DNA of 64,000 bases from Methanocaldococcus indicus (lineage in GTDB: Archaea > AGJL01 > Methanococci > Methanococcales > Methanocaldococcaceae), in the NCBI RefSeq assembly GCF_049554935.1, contig NZ_CP186926.1:800001-864000 (forward strand). The letters run 5' to 3'. This document shows, piece after piece, positions 20,841 to 30,443 of this stretch (the first letter of the stretch is position 1; every line of letters begins with the position of its first letter). Below the pieces are notes generated by a model, which saw only the letters and a program-made list of their open reading frames with translations, had not been told where the DNA came from and did no database searches. A program made the translations under genes and the position numbers.

Positions 20841-21949
20841 AGTTCTTCACATAACAATTTTTTTAGTTCAGTTAATGATGCATCAGTTTTTATACCTCTT
20901 GGATTGTAGTGAGTTCTACTAACTTTGTATCCCTTATTTTTAAGTTTTTCTATTAGTGTGTTTATTGGTGGAACAGAAATTTTTAAAACTTTTCCTAATA
21001 AATGAGTGTCATAACATCCAACTTTATCAATTTCTTTCTCTTCATTTATTATTGATAGTATTTTATAAGCTCTCTCAAATCCTCTCTCTTCTGATAACTC
21101 TAAAGCTCTTTCAACTACTTTTTTATCATATAAATTTTTTATATAAAATGGACCTTTAAACTCTTTATTGTATCCATCTTCAAAAGAGTTTATAATTTTT
21201 TCTCCATCAACATCTTTAATATATCCTAAATCTTTAAAGGCTTTATCTGCTTTTTTAGCTCCTCTATCAACTTTTAAATAGACTCTAACATAATGGTCAG
21301 TTGCATGAGCTAATACAGGAGTTAGATACAACTCATACTTAGTAGCTACTCTTAAACAATATCCAACTAAAATTCTTAAAGCTAATTCATGACAGTCCTT
21401 TGTTAATAAAGGATAAGCTAAATATTTCCTTAAACATGATTTAACAGCTCTTCCACATAGTGCAGCTGTATCTGTTGCAGTTAAACATAATAGTGAATTT
21501 TTTGGTTTTAATGCTCTTAAAGCTGAGTCAATATATACAGAAGGAGAGCCAAATGGGTCTATATCCACAACATTAAATCCTCTAAAAAATCTATTCAAAA
21601 ATAGATTTGCATCTTCATTAAACACTTCTGTTTTATCTTTTAAATTATTTATTTCTATATTTTCTAAGATTTTTTTATATGCCTTAGGATTTATATCATT
21701 TAAATAAACTTTAACATCTTTACTCTCTATCTCCTTTGCATATCTCAATCCTCTTACACCACTTCCAGATAGTGCATCTGCTATTAATGCACTATCCTCT
21801 TTATGATATATCTCTAAAAATGCATCAACTACACACACAGCAAAATCTCTCCCAGTTCTCATTTTAGGATTATAAAAAACTTCATCTTTTTTAGTTACAC
21901 TGATATTATCTGGAACATTAAAGGATATCTTTCCCTCTTCTATAAGCAT
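20837..21949 (-). CDS. trm1: tRNA (guanine-N2)-dimethyltransferase Trm1
   Basis: VFYNP, DALSGSGVRGLRY, DIDPFGS, TATD, DHYVR, IKTDA. Confidence 0.96.
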   Translation of the reverse strand: MLIEEGKISFNVPDNISVTKKDEVFYNPKMRTGRDFAVCVVDAFLEIYHKEDSALIADALSGSGVRGLRYAKEIESKDVKVYLNDINPKAYKKILENIEINNLKDKTEVFNEDANLFLNRFFRGFNVVDIDPFGSPSVYIDSALRALKPKNSLLCLTATDTAALCGRAVKSCLRKYLAYPLLTKDCHELALRILVGYCLRVATKYELYLTPVLAHATDHYVRVYLKVDRGAKKADKAFKDLGYIKDVDGEKIINSFEDGYNKEFKGPFYIKNLYDKKVVERALELSEERGFERAYKILSIINEEKEIDKVGCYDTHLLGKVLKISVPPINTLIEKLKNKGYKVSRTHYNPRGIKTDASLTELKKLLCEEL

Positions 21950-22460
21950 ACAACCACCTTAATTTATTTAAACAATCTCTACAAAAAAATATATCCTTAT
22001 AATCTACATCTAAAATAGAATTTGAAAAGCTCATAACACATCTTCTATTTTTACAATGTTTCAAACCTAAAACATGTCCAATCTCATGCACAGCTTCTTT
22101 TAAAGCTCTTATTTTATATAAAAAGTCATTTCTTTGCATTCCATAAAACTCTGGATTTAATCTTTTTAAAGAAATTATAGCTCTCTTTCCCAATAATTCT
22201 GCTTCTCCAAAAACAAAATTTAAATTGTTGGCGTATAAATCCTCCTCTGTTATTCCTAATGTTATTCCATCTTTAAATATTGGAAGATATTTTAAAAGAA
22301 TTGTAGAACAGTATTGATTTCTTAAAGGATTGTATGCAATATCTAAAATTTTAATTGGTTCTAATAACTCAACATCTCCAAAGAGTTTTTCTAAATTGGT
22401 TGATAGAAAATCTAATATCTCTTTATTAACTTTTCCAATAGGTTGAATATATATTTTCAT
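21918..22460 (-). CDS. amzA: Archaemetzincin Zn metalloprotease (start probably MKIYIQP rather than 22502)
   Basis: LNFVFG, KEAVHEIGHVLGLKHC...CVM.FSNS...FCRDC. Confidence 0.92.
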   Translation of the reverse strand: MKIYIQPIGKVNKEILDFLSTNLEKLFGDVELLEPIKILDIAYNPLRNQYCSTILLKYLPIFKDGITLGITEEDLYANNLNFVFGEAELLGKRAIISLKRLNPEFYGMQRNDFLYKIRALKEAVHEIGHVLGLKHCKNRRCVMSFSNSILDVDYKDIFFCRDCLNKLRWLYAYRRGKDIL

Positions 22461-22583
22461 AATAATTAACCTCATTTTTAAGATTTGATAGATATTTAAC
22501 AAACTAATAAGTAAAGTATTAAAAGTATTTATGTAATGATAAATTACTTAAAAGATTATTTACAAATATCTGAGGTGTTGTAT

Positions 22584-22838
22584 ATGGCAAAGGTTAAGAT
22601 AGAATTATTTACTTCACCAATGTGTCCTCATTGTCCAGCTGCTAAGAGAGTAGTTGAAGAAGTTGTAAGTGAAATCCCTGATGTTGAAGTTGAATATATA
22701 AATGTTATGGAAAATCCTCAAAAAGCTATGGAATATGGGATAATGGCAGTTCCTACAATTGTTATTAATGGTGAAGTTGAATTTATAGGTGCTCCTACAA
22801 AAGAGGCATTAATTGAAGCTATCAAAAAGAGATTATAA
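22584..22838 (+). CDS. Thioredoxin (MJ0307-like); start at ATG 22584 after a GAGGTG SD
   Basis: CPHC active site, AVPT cis-Pro loop. Confidence 0.93.
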   Translation: MAKVKIELFTSPMCPHCPAAKRVVEEVVSEIPDVEVEYINVMENPQKAMEYGIMAVPTIVINGEVEFIGAPTKEALIEAIKKRL

Positions 22839-22900
22839 AAAATTATAATATAAACATAAATATATTATTTTTAAATTTAAAAATTAATTTTTGTGAGAAT

Positions 22901-23362
22901 ATGAAAAAAACAAAGGCAATTGTTTTAGCAGATAATGCTTTAACCACTCCTGGGAGATTGGTTAGATATATAAATTCATTAAAACTTCCAGTAGATGTTA
23001 AAGAAACTTGTTTTGGTTGTTATATTGAGGGAGATTGGGATTTAGTTGATGAATTAGCTCAAAAAATTAGAGATTTTGAAAGAAATAGAATATTTTGCAG
23101 AGATAGGGGTTATCCTATTTGGGATAAAAGAAGATGTAGAGCTTTTAGAGGAGGAGGTCCAAGAGAAGGATTTCACCAGTTAGAAGCAGAACAGAGTGTT
23201 TTATCATATTTAGGTTTAGCTTTGGATGATATAGATAAAAATGGACTAAAAGATTTAAATGAGATTTTAGAAAAGGAAAGAAAATTAATAAAAGAAGAGA
23301 AGTATCTTCCAGTAGATAAATTTAAAATGATTGTTGAAAAATATGTACAAGAGAGGAAGTAG
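22901..23362 (+). CDS. Methanogenesis marker protein 6 (DUF2102)
   Basis: VKETCFG, RRCRAFRGGGPREGFHQLE. Confidence 0.88.
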   Translation: MKKTKAIVLADNALTTPGRLVRYINSLKLPVDVKETCFGCYIEGDWDLVDELAQKIRDFERNRIFCRDRGYPIWDKRRCRAFRGGGPREGFHQLEAEQSVLSYLGLALDDIDKNGLKDLNEILEKERKLIKEEKYLPVDKFKMIVEKYVQERK

Positions 23363-23699
23363 ATTTGAAAGAGAACTAAAAACTATATTAGAAAGTTATG
23401 GTTATGCTGTTGTTAGAAGTGCTGGAAGTAAAGGAGTGGATTTAATTGCTGGAAAAAATGGAAGAATATTAATATTTGAATGCAAATCTACAAATAAAGA
23501 GAAGATATATGTGCAAAAAGAAGATGTTGAAAAATTAATAAACTTTTCTGAAATTTTTGGAGGAATTCCATATTTAGCTATAAAAATTAACAAAAAAATC
23601 TTTTTTATAAATCCCTATATTTTAGAGAACAACAACAAAAAGAGTTATGCTATTAGTGAAGATTTTTTATATACTCTATCTATTGAAAATATTATTTAA
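23343..23699 (+). CDS. hjc: Holliday junction resolvase Hjc
   Basis: YKRGSRFEREL, VVRSAGS, VDLIAG, FECK. Confidence 0.93.
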   Translation: MYKRGSRFERELKTILESYGYAVVRSAGSKGVDLIAGKNGRILIFECKSTNKEKIYVQKEDVEKLINFSEIFGGIPYLAIKINKKIFFINPYILENNNKKSYAISEDFLYTLSIENII

Positions 23700-24234
23700 T
23701 ATGGTTTAAAATAGCTTTTTCTATATCTTCTACTTTTTCCAAAACCTCTATCCCTTCCATCTCTCTAAGTTTATTCACATTCTCAACATCTATCTTCCTA
23801 ATATATAGAGTTAGAGTTTTACCATTGGGTAAGAGAGTGGTTAATTCTCCCTCTTTATTATCAGGTGGAAATATATAGACAGGCATTCTGACTTTCATTG
23901 CTTGTGCAACTGAATTTGTTATTAAAGTATCTGCTATTCCATGAGCTATTTTAGCTGTTGTATTAGCTGTTGCAGGAGCAACCAATAAGATATCATACTT
24001 CCCTGTTTGTAACTTTCCAGCTAAAAATGGAGCATTAGAATCAATCTCAACTTTTATTTTACCAAATTCTTCCTCTAACTTATTCCAAAGTTTATACCAC
24101 TTAACTACAACTTTTGCATTCTTTGAAAGATAAACATCTACATCTAAATTATATTTTTTCTTTAACTTTATCATCAAATCTACAACTTCTGGTAGTTTAT
24201 CTCCACATCCAGTTATACACCAAGCTATTCTCAA
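23692..24234 (-). CDS. afpA: Archaeoflavoprotein AfpA family
   Basis: IAWCITGCG, APATANTTAKIAHGIADTL. Confidence 0.85.
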   Translation of the reverse strand: MRIAWCITGCGDKLPEVVDLMIKLKKKYNLDVDVYLSKNAKVVVKWYKLWNKLEEEFGKIKVEIDSNAPFLAGKLQTGKYDILLVAPATANTTAKIAHGIADTLITNSVAQAMKVRMPVYIFPPDNKEGELTTLLPNGKTLTLYIRKIDVENVNKLREMEGIEVLEKVEDIEKAILNHIK

Positions 24235-24309
24235 TATTCCACCTTTTAATATCTTTAAATGTTATATATAATAATCCTCATAAAGTATTTTATATTAAGG
24301 TGATTTGTT

Positions 24310-25020
24310 ATGGCAAAGTATGGAATTAAAATTTATGAAGATGGATATGAAATAGTTAGATACTCAACTGTCTATACTGATGAAGGTGTAGAAGAATTAG
24401 AAGAGACATATCTAAAAGTATCTGCTGATGATTATGAATCTATCTTAGGTTATTATGAACCATTTCCAAAGAAAGAGTTTAGATTTGTAGGTAATTTAGA
24501 TGATTTAAAAATTGTTAAAGGTACTGAGATGAGAACATCTGTTCCTATCCCTTTATCATTATGTAGAGGGGAGTATGTTAAAAGAATAGATGAGGAAGAT
24601 GAAAGAATAACATATTTAGATATAAAAGGAATTCCTATCCAAAGAGGGATTATAACTGCTATTGTTGTTGGAATTCAACATAAAAAAACTACAACTGGAA
24701 AAGATTACACAATATTTAGAGTATTTGATGGATATGGTTGGGGAAGAGTTAGATTATTTGGAATTAAAGCAAATCCAGATATATATAATGGGATGTTTAT
24801 AAGAGGTTTTGTTAGATTTGGATATATGGAATTTGAGACAGAAGAAGGTGTTAAAAGAAAAGCTATTACACTATCATTAAATGATTTACCTGTTATAGTT
24901 CAACCTAAGGAGTATATAGTTCATAAGAAATTTGTTGAAGAGGTTATAAAACCAAAACTACCAGAATTATTTGGAGAAGAGCAAAGTAAAGAAGAAAATG
25001 AAATTATAATAGAGGAATAA
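24310..25020 (+). CDS. Hypothetical protein with a probable OB fold (RPA32/Rpa2-like)
   Basis: AGGTGA SD; GKDYTIFRVFDGYGWGRVRLFG...GMFIRG resembles the RPA OB-fold DDGTG strand pattern. Confidence 0.6.
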   Translation: MAKYGIKIYEDGYEIVRYSTVYTDEGVEELEETYLKVSADDYESILGYYEPFPKKEFRFVGNLDDLKIVKGTEMRTSVPIPLSLCRGEYVKRIDEEDERITYLDIKGIPIQRGIITAIVVGIQHKKTTTGKDYTIFRVFDGYGWGRVRLFGIKANPDIYNGMFIRGFVRFGYMEFETEEGVKRKAITLSLNDLPVIVQPKEYIVHKKFVEEVIKPKLPELFGEEQSKEENEIIIEE

Positions 25021-25034
25021 AAAGGTTGATATTT

Positions 25035-25739
25035 ATGGTATTAGGAAAACTCAATGAGCTTCATCCTGGAGCACAAATTATAACAAAAGTTAAAATCTTA
25101 GATATTAGAGAAAGAGAAACTGATGAAGGGTCTATATTCTATACTGGAAGTATGGTAGATAAAGATGGAATAGCTAATTTTATAACTAATGTTCCCTTAG
25201 AAAAAGGAAAATATTATAAAATCTTTGGAAGAGTAACAGATGATAAAAGTATCAGAATTATTGAAAGAGATATAAAAGGAGAACATCTACCAAAAGAGAT
25301 TCCTCCAATTCCAGATGAAGAGCTATTTAACAGAGGACAACCATTAGATATAAAAATTCCAGGAATTTTGGAGATTTCTTTACAAAATATATATGTAAAT
25401 TACTACTGCAAAACATGTAAGTCAATTGTTGAGCCAAAAATAAAACCAAGAGGTTTAGTATATATCTGTAAGAACTGTGAAGAAATATCTCCTGATGATG
25501 TAGATGTTAAAATAAAGGTATTTGGAAAGATACATTTTGGAACATCTTCAAATAGGTTTTATATGCCTCACAACACATTAGAAAAAATTATTCCAAATGT
25601 AATTGATTTATTAGAAGAGTATGGAATTGATGATACTATTAGGAGAATTGTATATAAGCTCCATGCAAAAACATTTTTAGTTAGAGGATTTGAAGGAAAA
25701 GAGGGGAACTATATAATAACTGATATAGAAGATATTTAA
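25035..25739 (+). CDS. Hypothetical OB-fold plus Zn-ribbon protein (RPA large-subunit-like)
   Basis: KLNELHPG..KVKILD..MVDKDG..LEKGKYYKI OB pattern; CKTC...CKNC zinc finger; HFGTS. Confidence 0.62.
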   Translation: MVLGKLNELHPGAQIITKVKILDIRERETDEGSIFYTGSMVDKDGIANFITNVPLEKGKYYKIFGRVTDDKSIRIIERDIKGEHLPKEIPPIPDEELFNRGQPLDIKIPGILEISLQNIYVNYYCKTCKSIVEPKIKPRGLVYICKNCEEISPDDVDVKIKVFGKIHFGTSSNRFYMPHNTLEKIIPNVIDLLEEYGIDDTIRRIVYKLHAKTFLVRGFEGKEGNYIITDIEDI

Positions 25740-26824
25740 AACATTGAGTAGATAATACTTCCTAAGATTATCCACCATATAATCATTGTTATTGAATTAA
25801 GAGTTCTCTCATTTATTAAATATTCTAAAAATATTCCTAATCTACTTACTATTTTATATTTACTATCTTTAAACAACTCTGGTATAGCTGTCCAAACAAA
25901 ATATCCATCCAATGGTTTAGCAGGAAGAAGATTAAATAAAGCTAATAAAAAGTTAAACATATATGTCCAATATAATGTATTTACTAAGTAAGATATCCAT
26001 CCTGATACAGTTACATATATTCCCAATTTTCCTTTATCATTTGTTTTTATATTATATTCGAAAATTTTTCCATCCCTTATAACTTTAACAATATATTCTT
26101 TATTTGGTTCTAATGTTTTTGCAGCTTTTTTAAAATCTTCTAAATTATTAATTTTTATATTTCCAATTTGATATATAATATCTCCTTTTTTTAAGAAATT
26201 TTTAGCATTATAATCTGTTTTTACAACTTTTATCTCTGCTGGTAGATTGTAAGATATTGGCAATAGCAACATAACTATAATAAACAATAACATATTTGCC
26301 ATAGGTCCAGCAGCTGCTATAACTCCTCTAATTTTTTTATTTATTTCTTTAAATTTATCATCTAACTCTACAAAAGCTCCTAATGGAAATCCTAATAAAA
26401 ATATTAGCCCTGTGCTTTTAACATTTACATTATAAGATTTTGCAAATACACCATGTGCTAATTCATGTATAGTTATAGCTATTGTTATTCCTATCAATCC
26501 TGGAATCCATGGGATTACATTACCAAATAAAAAGATAATTGGTTTAGCACTATCTTTTGGAACTGCTCCTGAGACTAAATTAACTATAAAAAATATCAGA
26601 TTTATAAGCATATAAAATCCTAAAATTCCAGCTATTGGAACTAAGTATATACCTATTTTTTTCCAAATCTTAAATTTTCCTAAGTAATCTATTAACTCTA
26701 AACCTATTTTTGTCTTTAATATTCCAAATATTCCTCCATACACCTTTAAATTTATTTTTTCTCTTATACTATACATTATAAGCCATAGTACAATAGCTAA
26801 TATTAAAATTATTTTTGAATACAC
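25736..26824 (-). CDS. Site-2 protease (M50) with PDZ domain
   Basis: HELAH, GAFVE, AGPMAN, FNLLPAKPLDG. Confidence 0.93.
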   Translation of the reverse strand: MYSKIILILAIVLWLIMYSIREKINLKVYGGIFGILKTKIGLELIDYLGKFKIWKKIGIYLVPIAGILGFYMLINLIFFIVNLVSGAVPKDSAKPIIFLFGNVIPWIPGLIGITIAITIHELAHGVFAKSYNVNVKSTGLIFLLGFPLGAFVELDDKFKEINKKIRGVIAAAGPMANMLLFIIVMLLLPISYNLPAEIKVVKTDYNAKNFLKKGDIIYQIGNIKINNLEDFKKAAKTLEPNKEYIVKVIRDGKIFEYNIKTNDKGKLGIYVTVSGWISYLVNTLYWTYMFNFLLALFNLLPAKPLDGYFVWTAIPELFKDSKYKIVSRLGIFLEYLINERTLNSITMIIWWIILGSIIYSMF

Positions 26825-27429
26825 CTAAAACCACCATTTAAGTAATCTTTAACTTCCTTAGCTAAATCTACAACCTTTTTTACATTTTCACTCTTTATTA
26901 TAATACTGTCTGATGTAGCAACAACTTCTTTATTTTTAAGTATATAATCCACATTTTTTACACAAAAAACATTAAAACCTCTCTCCTTTAAAATTTTTGC
27001 TAAATCTCCACTTCTTGATTTTTGAGCATCTAAATAAACCTCAACCTTTTTATCTCTTATCTTATCTTTTAAAATATCTGACAAAATATCTATAACTTTT
27101 AGAAAATCTGAAATTTTATACTTACCTCTCTCTAAATCTCTATATATGTTATCATCACACAAAAAAGCTCTACCAGCCAAAAGAGCTTTTATAGTTATTA
27201 ATACATTAAATCCATCAATAGCTAAGTTATCTACATCCTCTAATTTTGTTAGTTTTTTCTTAGTTATCTTTATCTCTTCATCTGTATGTATAGACCTTAA
27301 AATTTTATCTCTTTCTTCTTTTGTTAATTTATAATGATTTCCTACAAAGTTAATAGCAACCTTTTTTTTATATCCTCTATCAATCAAATATTTAAAGTCT
27401 TTTTTTGCATCCTCTATTTTATTGGACAT
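26809..27429 (-). CDS. DUF434 family protein (PIN/NYN-like)
   Basis: YLIDRGY, FVGNHYKL, IDGFNVLIT, YLD..SRSG, VATSDS. Confidence 0.85.
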   Translation of the reverse strand: MSNKIEDAKKDFKYLIDRGYKKKVAINFVGNHYKLTKEERDKILRSIHTDEEIKITKKKLTKLEDVDNLAIDGFNVLITIKALLAGRAFLCDDNIYRDLERGKYKISDFLKVIDILSDILKDKIRDKKVEVYLDAQKSRSGDLAKILKERGFNVFCVKNVDYILKNKEVVATSDSIIIKSENVKKVVDLAKEVKDYLNGGFRCIQK

Positions 27430-27938
27430 ACCTCTTCACAGTCATAACAAAATATACAGCTATCAACATCTACCTTTATTATACATCTATCTATAAACTC
27501 CTTAGGAGATAAAATAGCTTGATTAGGACATTTTTCTATACACTCTAAACATAATTTACATTTTCCTTCTTCTCTATATTTGCAATAGCATAAACCACAA
27601 TTTTTACATCTATCTTTTAATATAACAGGAGTTTTTGGTTTAGGAATTTCATTTTTTATAACTGGGATTGGACAAAATAATGCACATATTCCACATTTTT
27701 TGCACAGTTCCTCATTTATATCAAATCTATTCTTATTTATAGCCGGACATATCTCTACACAAATTCCACAACACTCACAAATATAACTCCTAAATTTAAA
27801 AATAGTTATTGCTTCAGTTTGGCACACTTTAACACATAATCCACAACCTATACAGTTATTTAATTCAACTTTTTTAGTTTTTGAAAAATTTTTATTATCA
27901 TTAAAAAATAGATATTTAATTATGTCCTTTATTTTCAT
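27414..27938 (-). CDS. Polyferredoxin / multi-[4Fe-4S] protein
   Basis: Several CxxCxxCxxxC(P) motifs; start placed at ATG 27938 because the longer ORF overlaps tRNA-Asp. Confidence 0.88.
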   Translation of the reverse strand: MKIKDIIKYLFFNDNKNFSKTKKVELNNCIGCGLCVKVCQTEAITIFKFRSYICECCGICVEICPAINKNRFDINEELCKKCGICALFCPIPVIKNEIPKPKTPVILKDRCKNCGLCYCKYREEGKCKLCLECIEKCPNQAILSPKEFIDRCIIKVDVDSCIFCYDCEEVCPIK

Positions 27939-27983
27939 ATTTCCACATATATAAAACAATAAATATATATTTATATAATAAAA

Positions 27984-28061
27984 TGGCGCCCTGGCCGGGA
28001 TTTGAACCCGAGTCACGGGAGTGACAGTCCCGTATGATAGGCCGGGCTACACCACCAGGGC
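27984..28061 (-). tRNA. tRNA-Asp(GTC)
   Basis: Cloverleaf, CGGGA-CT-GTC-AC-TCCCG, encoded CCA. Confidence 0.97.
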
Positions 28062-28089
28062 TCAAAAGCCAAGGATAAACCTTAAATAG

Positions 28090-28208
28090 TGGCCGGCGGC
28101 GTCGCCCCTTTCCCGCCAGATGGCAGTACTCGGGGCATCGCTGGGGGGCTTAACTTCCGGGTTCGGAATGGGTCCGGGTGTGGCACCCCCGCTATGGCCG
28201 CCGTGCCA
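28090..28208 (-). rRNA. rrf: 5S rRNA
   Basis: GC-rich ~119 nt with GGCCATAGC, CCCATTCCGAACCCGGAAGTTAAG and GAGTACT motifs; ends pair. Confidence 0.96.
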
Positions 28209-28214
28209 GTGAAG

Positions 28215-28288
28215 CGGGCCCGAGGGGATTTGAACCCCCGACCACCTGGTTAAAAGCCAGGCGCTCTGCCAGGCTGAGCTACGGGCCC
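28215..28288 (-). tRNA. tRNA-Lys(TTT)
   Basis: Cloverleaf, CCTGG-CT-TTT-AA-CCAGG. Confidence 0.96.
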
Positions 28289-28321
28289 AATTAAGGTGGA
28301 GTAATAATATACCTATAACTC

Positions 28322-28340
28322 ATATATATACTTTACGGTT
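28322..28340 (-). promoter_or_regulatory. Internal BRE/TATA promoter upstream of tRNA-Lys-5S-tRNA-Asp
   Basis: Reverse complement AACCGTAAAG-TATATATAT matches the methanococcal stable-RNA promoter form. Confidence 0.6.
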
Positions 28341-28346
28341 TTGAAG

Positions 28347-28423
28347 TGGTCCGGCGGGCCGGATTTGAACCAGCGACATGGGGATCTACAGTCCCCCGTT
28401 CTACCAGGCTGAACTACCGCCGG
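28347..28423 (-). tRNA. tRNA-Tyr(GTA)
   Basis: Cloverleaf, C1-G72 pair, CT-GTA-GA, encoded CCA. Confidence 0.96.
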
Positions 28424-28431
28424 ACTTAAAA

Positions 28432-28509
28432 TGGTGGGCCTGCCCAGATTTGAACTGGGGTCTCAGGATCCCAAATCCCAAAGGATAGACCAGGCTACCC
28501 CACAGGCCC
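28432..28509 (-). tRNA. tRNA-Pro(TGG)
   Basis: Cloverleaf, TT-TGG-GA loop, encoded CCA. Confidence 0.96.
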
Positions 28510-28539
28510 TCTGGCAAGGAAAACCTAATATTATATAAA

Positions 28540-28616
28540 TGGAGCCCCGGGGGGGATTTGAACCCCCGACCACCTGATTACAAGTCAGGCGCTCTACCAG
28601 GCTGAGCCACCGAGGC
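28540..28616 (-). tRNA. tRNA-Thr(TGT)
   Basis: Cloverleaf, CCTGA-CT-TGT-AA-TCAGG, encoded CCA. Confidence 0.96.
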
Positions 28617-28648
28617 TCACTTGCGTAATAATTAAAATACGAAACTCA

Positions 28649-28656
28649 TATATAAA
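28649..28656 (-). promoter_or_regulatory. TATA box of the tRNA-Thr...5S operon
   Basis: AGAAAAA-TTTATATA on the minus strand ~33 bp upstream of tRNA-Thr. Confidence 0.65.
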
Positions 28657-28705
28657 TTTTTCTATAATCAATTAATTCTTATATTTGAAATAATATTCAG
28701 TAAAG

Positions 28706-28713
28706 TTTATATA
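28706..28713 (+). promoter_or_regulatory. TATA box of initiator tRNA-Met
   Basis: CAGTAAAG-TTTATATA followed ~22 nt later by ATGC. Confidence 0.65.
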
Positions 28714-28749
28714 CCCCTTTTCTGATATATATAGAATGCTCTTTTATGA

Positions 28750-28828
28750 AGCGGGGTGGGGTAGCCAGGTCCATCCCGCCGGGCTCATAACCCGGAGATC
28801 GGAGGTTCAAATCCTCCCCCCGCTACCA
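28750..28828 (+). tRNA. Initiator tRNA-Met(CAT)
   Basis: A1-U72 pair, GGG/CCC anticodon stem, CT-CAT-AA, encoded CCA. Confidence 0.96.
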
Positions 28829-28903
28829 TTTTTTTCTTTTTATAAATTTTTTATTAAATTCAACTTTTTTGTTGTTTTTTTATATCTAAATTAAGGTGAG
28901 ATA

Positions 28904-29482
28904 GTGTATAAAATATTAAAGATTTTAGATGTTGTTAGAGTTCCTCCCTCTAAGTTTGGGAATGATTTAAAGGAGACAGTTAAATCTATTTTAATTGAAA
29001 AATATGAAGGTAGATTGGATAAAGATGTTGGTTTTATTTTGTCTATTGTTGATGTAAATAATATTGGAGATGGGAAAGTAGTTCATGGAGATGGAGCTGC
29101 ATATCATCCTGTAGAGTTTGAAGTTTTAGTATATGTTCCTAAGATGTATGAGTTAATTGAAGGAGAGGTTGTAGATATTGTAGAATTTGGAGCTTTTGTT
29201 AGACTAGGTCCATTAGATGGATTAGTTCATGTCTCTCAAATAATGGATGATTATGTTAGTTATGACCCTAAAAGAGAAGCAATAATTGGTAAAGAGACTG
29301 GAAAAGTATTAGAGATTGGAGATAAAGTAAGAGCAAGAATTGTGGCAATTAGTTTAAAACCTGAAAGAAAGAGAGGTAGTAAGATAGCATTAACAATGAG
29401 ACAGCCATATCTTGGAAAATTAGAATGGATAGAAGAAGAAAAAAGAAAAAGAGAAAAAGAAACAACTAAGGTGAAAAATTGA
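28904..29482 (+). CDS. rpo7: DNA-directed RNA polymerase subunit Rpo7 (E')
   Basis: GDGAAYH, S1 domain [32 protein letters not shown]. Confidence 0.97.
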   Translation: MYKILKILDVVRVPPSKFGNDLKETVKSILIEKYEGRLDKDVGFILSIVDVNNIGDGKVVHGDGAAYHPVEFEVLVYVPKMYELIEGEVVDIVEFGAFVRLGPLDGLVHVSQIMDDYVSYDPKREAIIGKETGKVLEIGDKVRARIVAISLKPERKRGSKIALTMRQPYLGKLEWIEEEKRKREKETTKVKN

Positions 29483-29658
29483 AAGCTTGTTTAAGATGTA
29501 AGTATTTAACAAATGAAGAAGAATGTCCTATATGTGGAGCTCCAACAAGTGATAACTGGACAGGACTAATTATTGTATTAAATCCAGAAAAATCTGAAAT
29601 AGCTAAAAAAGCTAAAATAAGCATTAAAGGAAGTTATGCTATAACTGTGAAGGAATAA
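29479..29658 (+). CDS. spt4: Transcription elongation factor Spt4 (RpoE''), 59 aa, absent from the ORF track
   Basis: TTG start after AAGGTG; [10 protein letters not shown]...CPICG...[17 protein letters not shown]...GSYAITVKE*. Confidence 0.95.
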   Translation: MKACLRCKYLTNEEECPICGAPTSDNWTGLIIVLNPEKSEIAKKAKISIKGSYAITVKE

Positions 29659-29664
29659 AAGACT

Positions 29665-30147
29665 ATGTTAAAGTTACCAAATAGTTTAAGAGAAGAATTA
29701 AAGAAACCTTTTGGGGATGTTTATAGAGATATTCCATTATTAAATGGAGATATAATAACAGTTGGAGATGTAGTAACAAAAACATTAATTGAGAAAAATA
29801 TAATTCCAAAATTGGCAATAATTGACTTTAAAACTAAAAGAAACATCCCCATTAAGATAAATCATAAGTTTGATAAAGTATATTATATAAAAAATCCTCC
29901 TGGATATATATCTGATGAAGCAATAGAAAAAGTTAAATATTTATCTAATAAATCTATTAAAAACTATGCTATTGTTGTAGATGGTGAAGAAGATTTATTA
30001 ACTTTGATAGTTATAAAATATTTTCCTGAAGGAGATTATGTCCTTTATGGACTTCCTGATGAAGGAGTAGTAGTTATGAAAATTGACAAAAACATAAAAA
30101 ACAAAGTTGATAATATCTTAAAAAAATTTGAAAAGGTGAGTAAATGA
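29665..30147 (+). CDS. GTP-dependent dephospho-CoA kinase (DUF359)
   Basis: LKKPFG, TVGDVVT, NPPG, VDGEEDL, YG.P.EG; conserved position after spt4. Confidence 0.9.
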   Translation: MLKLPNSLREELKKPFGDVYRDIPLLNGDIITVGDVVTKTLIEKNIIPKLAIIDFKTKRNIPIKINHKFDKVYYIKNPPGYISDEAIEKVKYLSNKSIKNYAIVVDGEEDLLTLIVIKYFPEGDYVLYGLPDEGVVVMKIDKNIKNKVDNILKKFEKVSK

Positions 30148-30443
30148 TTATAAACATTATATCAAAAAGATACAATCCATTGTTAAAGAGAACAGAAGTA
30201 AGATTTTATATTGACCATGATGGAGCAACACCTAAATTTATGGAAGTTAGAGATAAGTTAGCTGCTATGTTAAATGCAGATAAAAATTTATTAGTTGTTG
30301 AGAAAATTGTAGAAGAGACAGGAATGCAAAGAGCAAGAGGTTATGCAAAATTGTATGACTCAGAAGATATGTTAAGATTTATAGAAAGAGAACACATTTT
30401 AAGAAAAAATGGACTAATTGAAGAAAAAGAAGGTGAAGAATAA
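30144..30443 (+). CDS. rps24e: 30S ribosomal protein S24e
   Basis: NPLLKR, GATP, GYAKLY. Confidence 0.96.
   Translation: MIINIISKRYNPLLKRTEVRFYIDHDGATPKFMEVRDKLAAMLNADKNLLVVEKIVEETGMQRARGYAKLYDSEDMLRFIEREHILRKNGLIEEKEGEE

Noticed and set aside
22505-22565. Imperfect palindrome upstream of thioredoxin (AGTATTTAT...ATAAATTACT)
   Set aside because: Almost entirely A/T and matches no operator I know; cannot be separated from chance.
27939-28016. N-terminal extension of the polyferredoxin ORF
   Set aside because: Runs through tRNA-Asp and AT-rich spacer; ATG 27938 is the plausible start.
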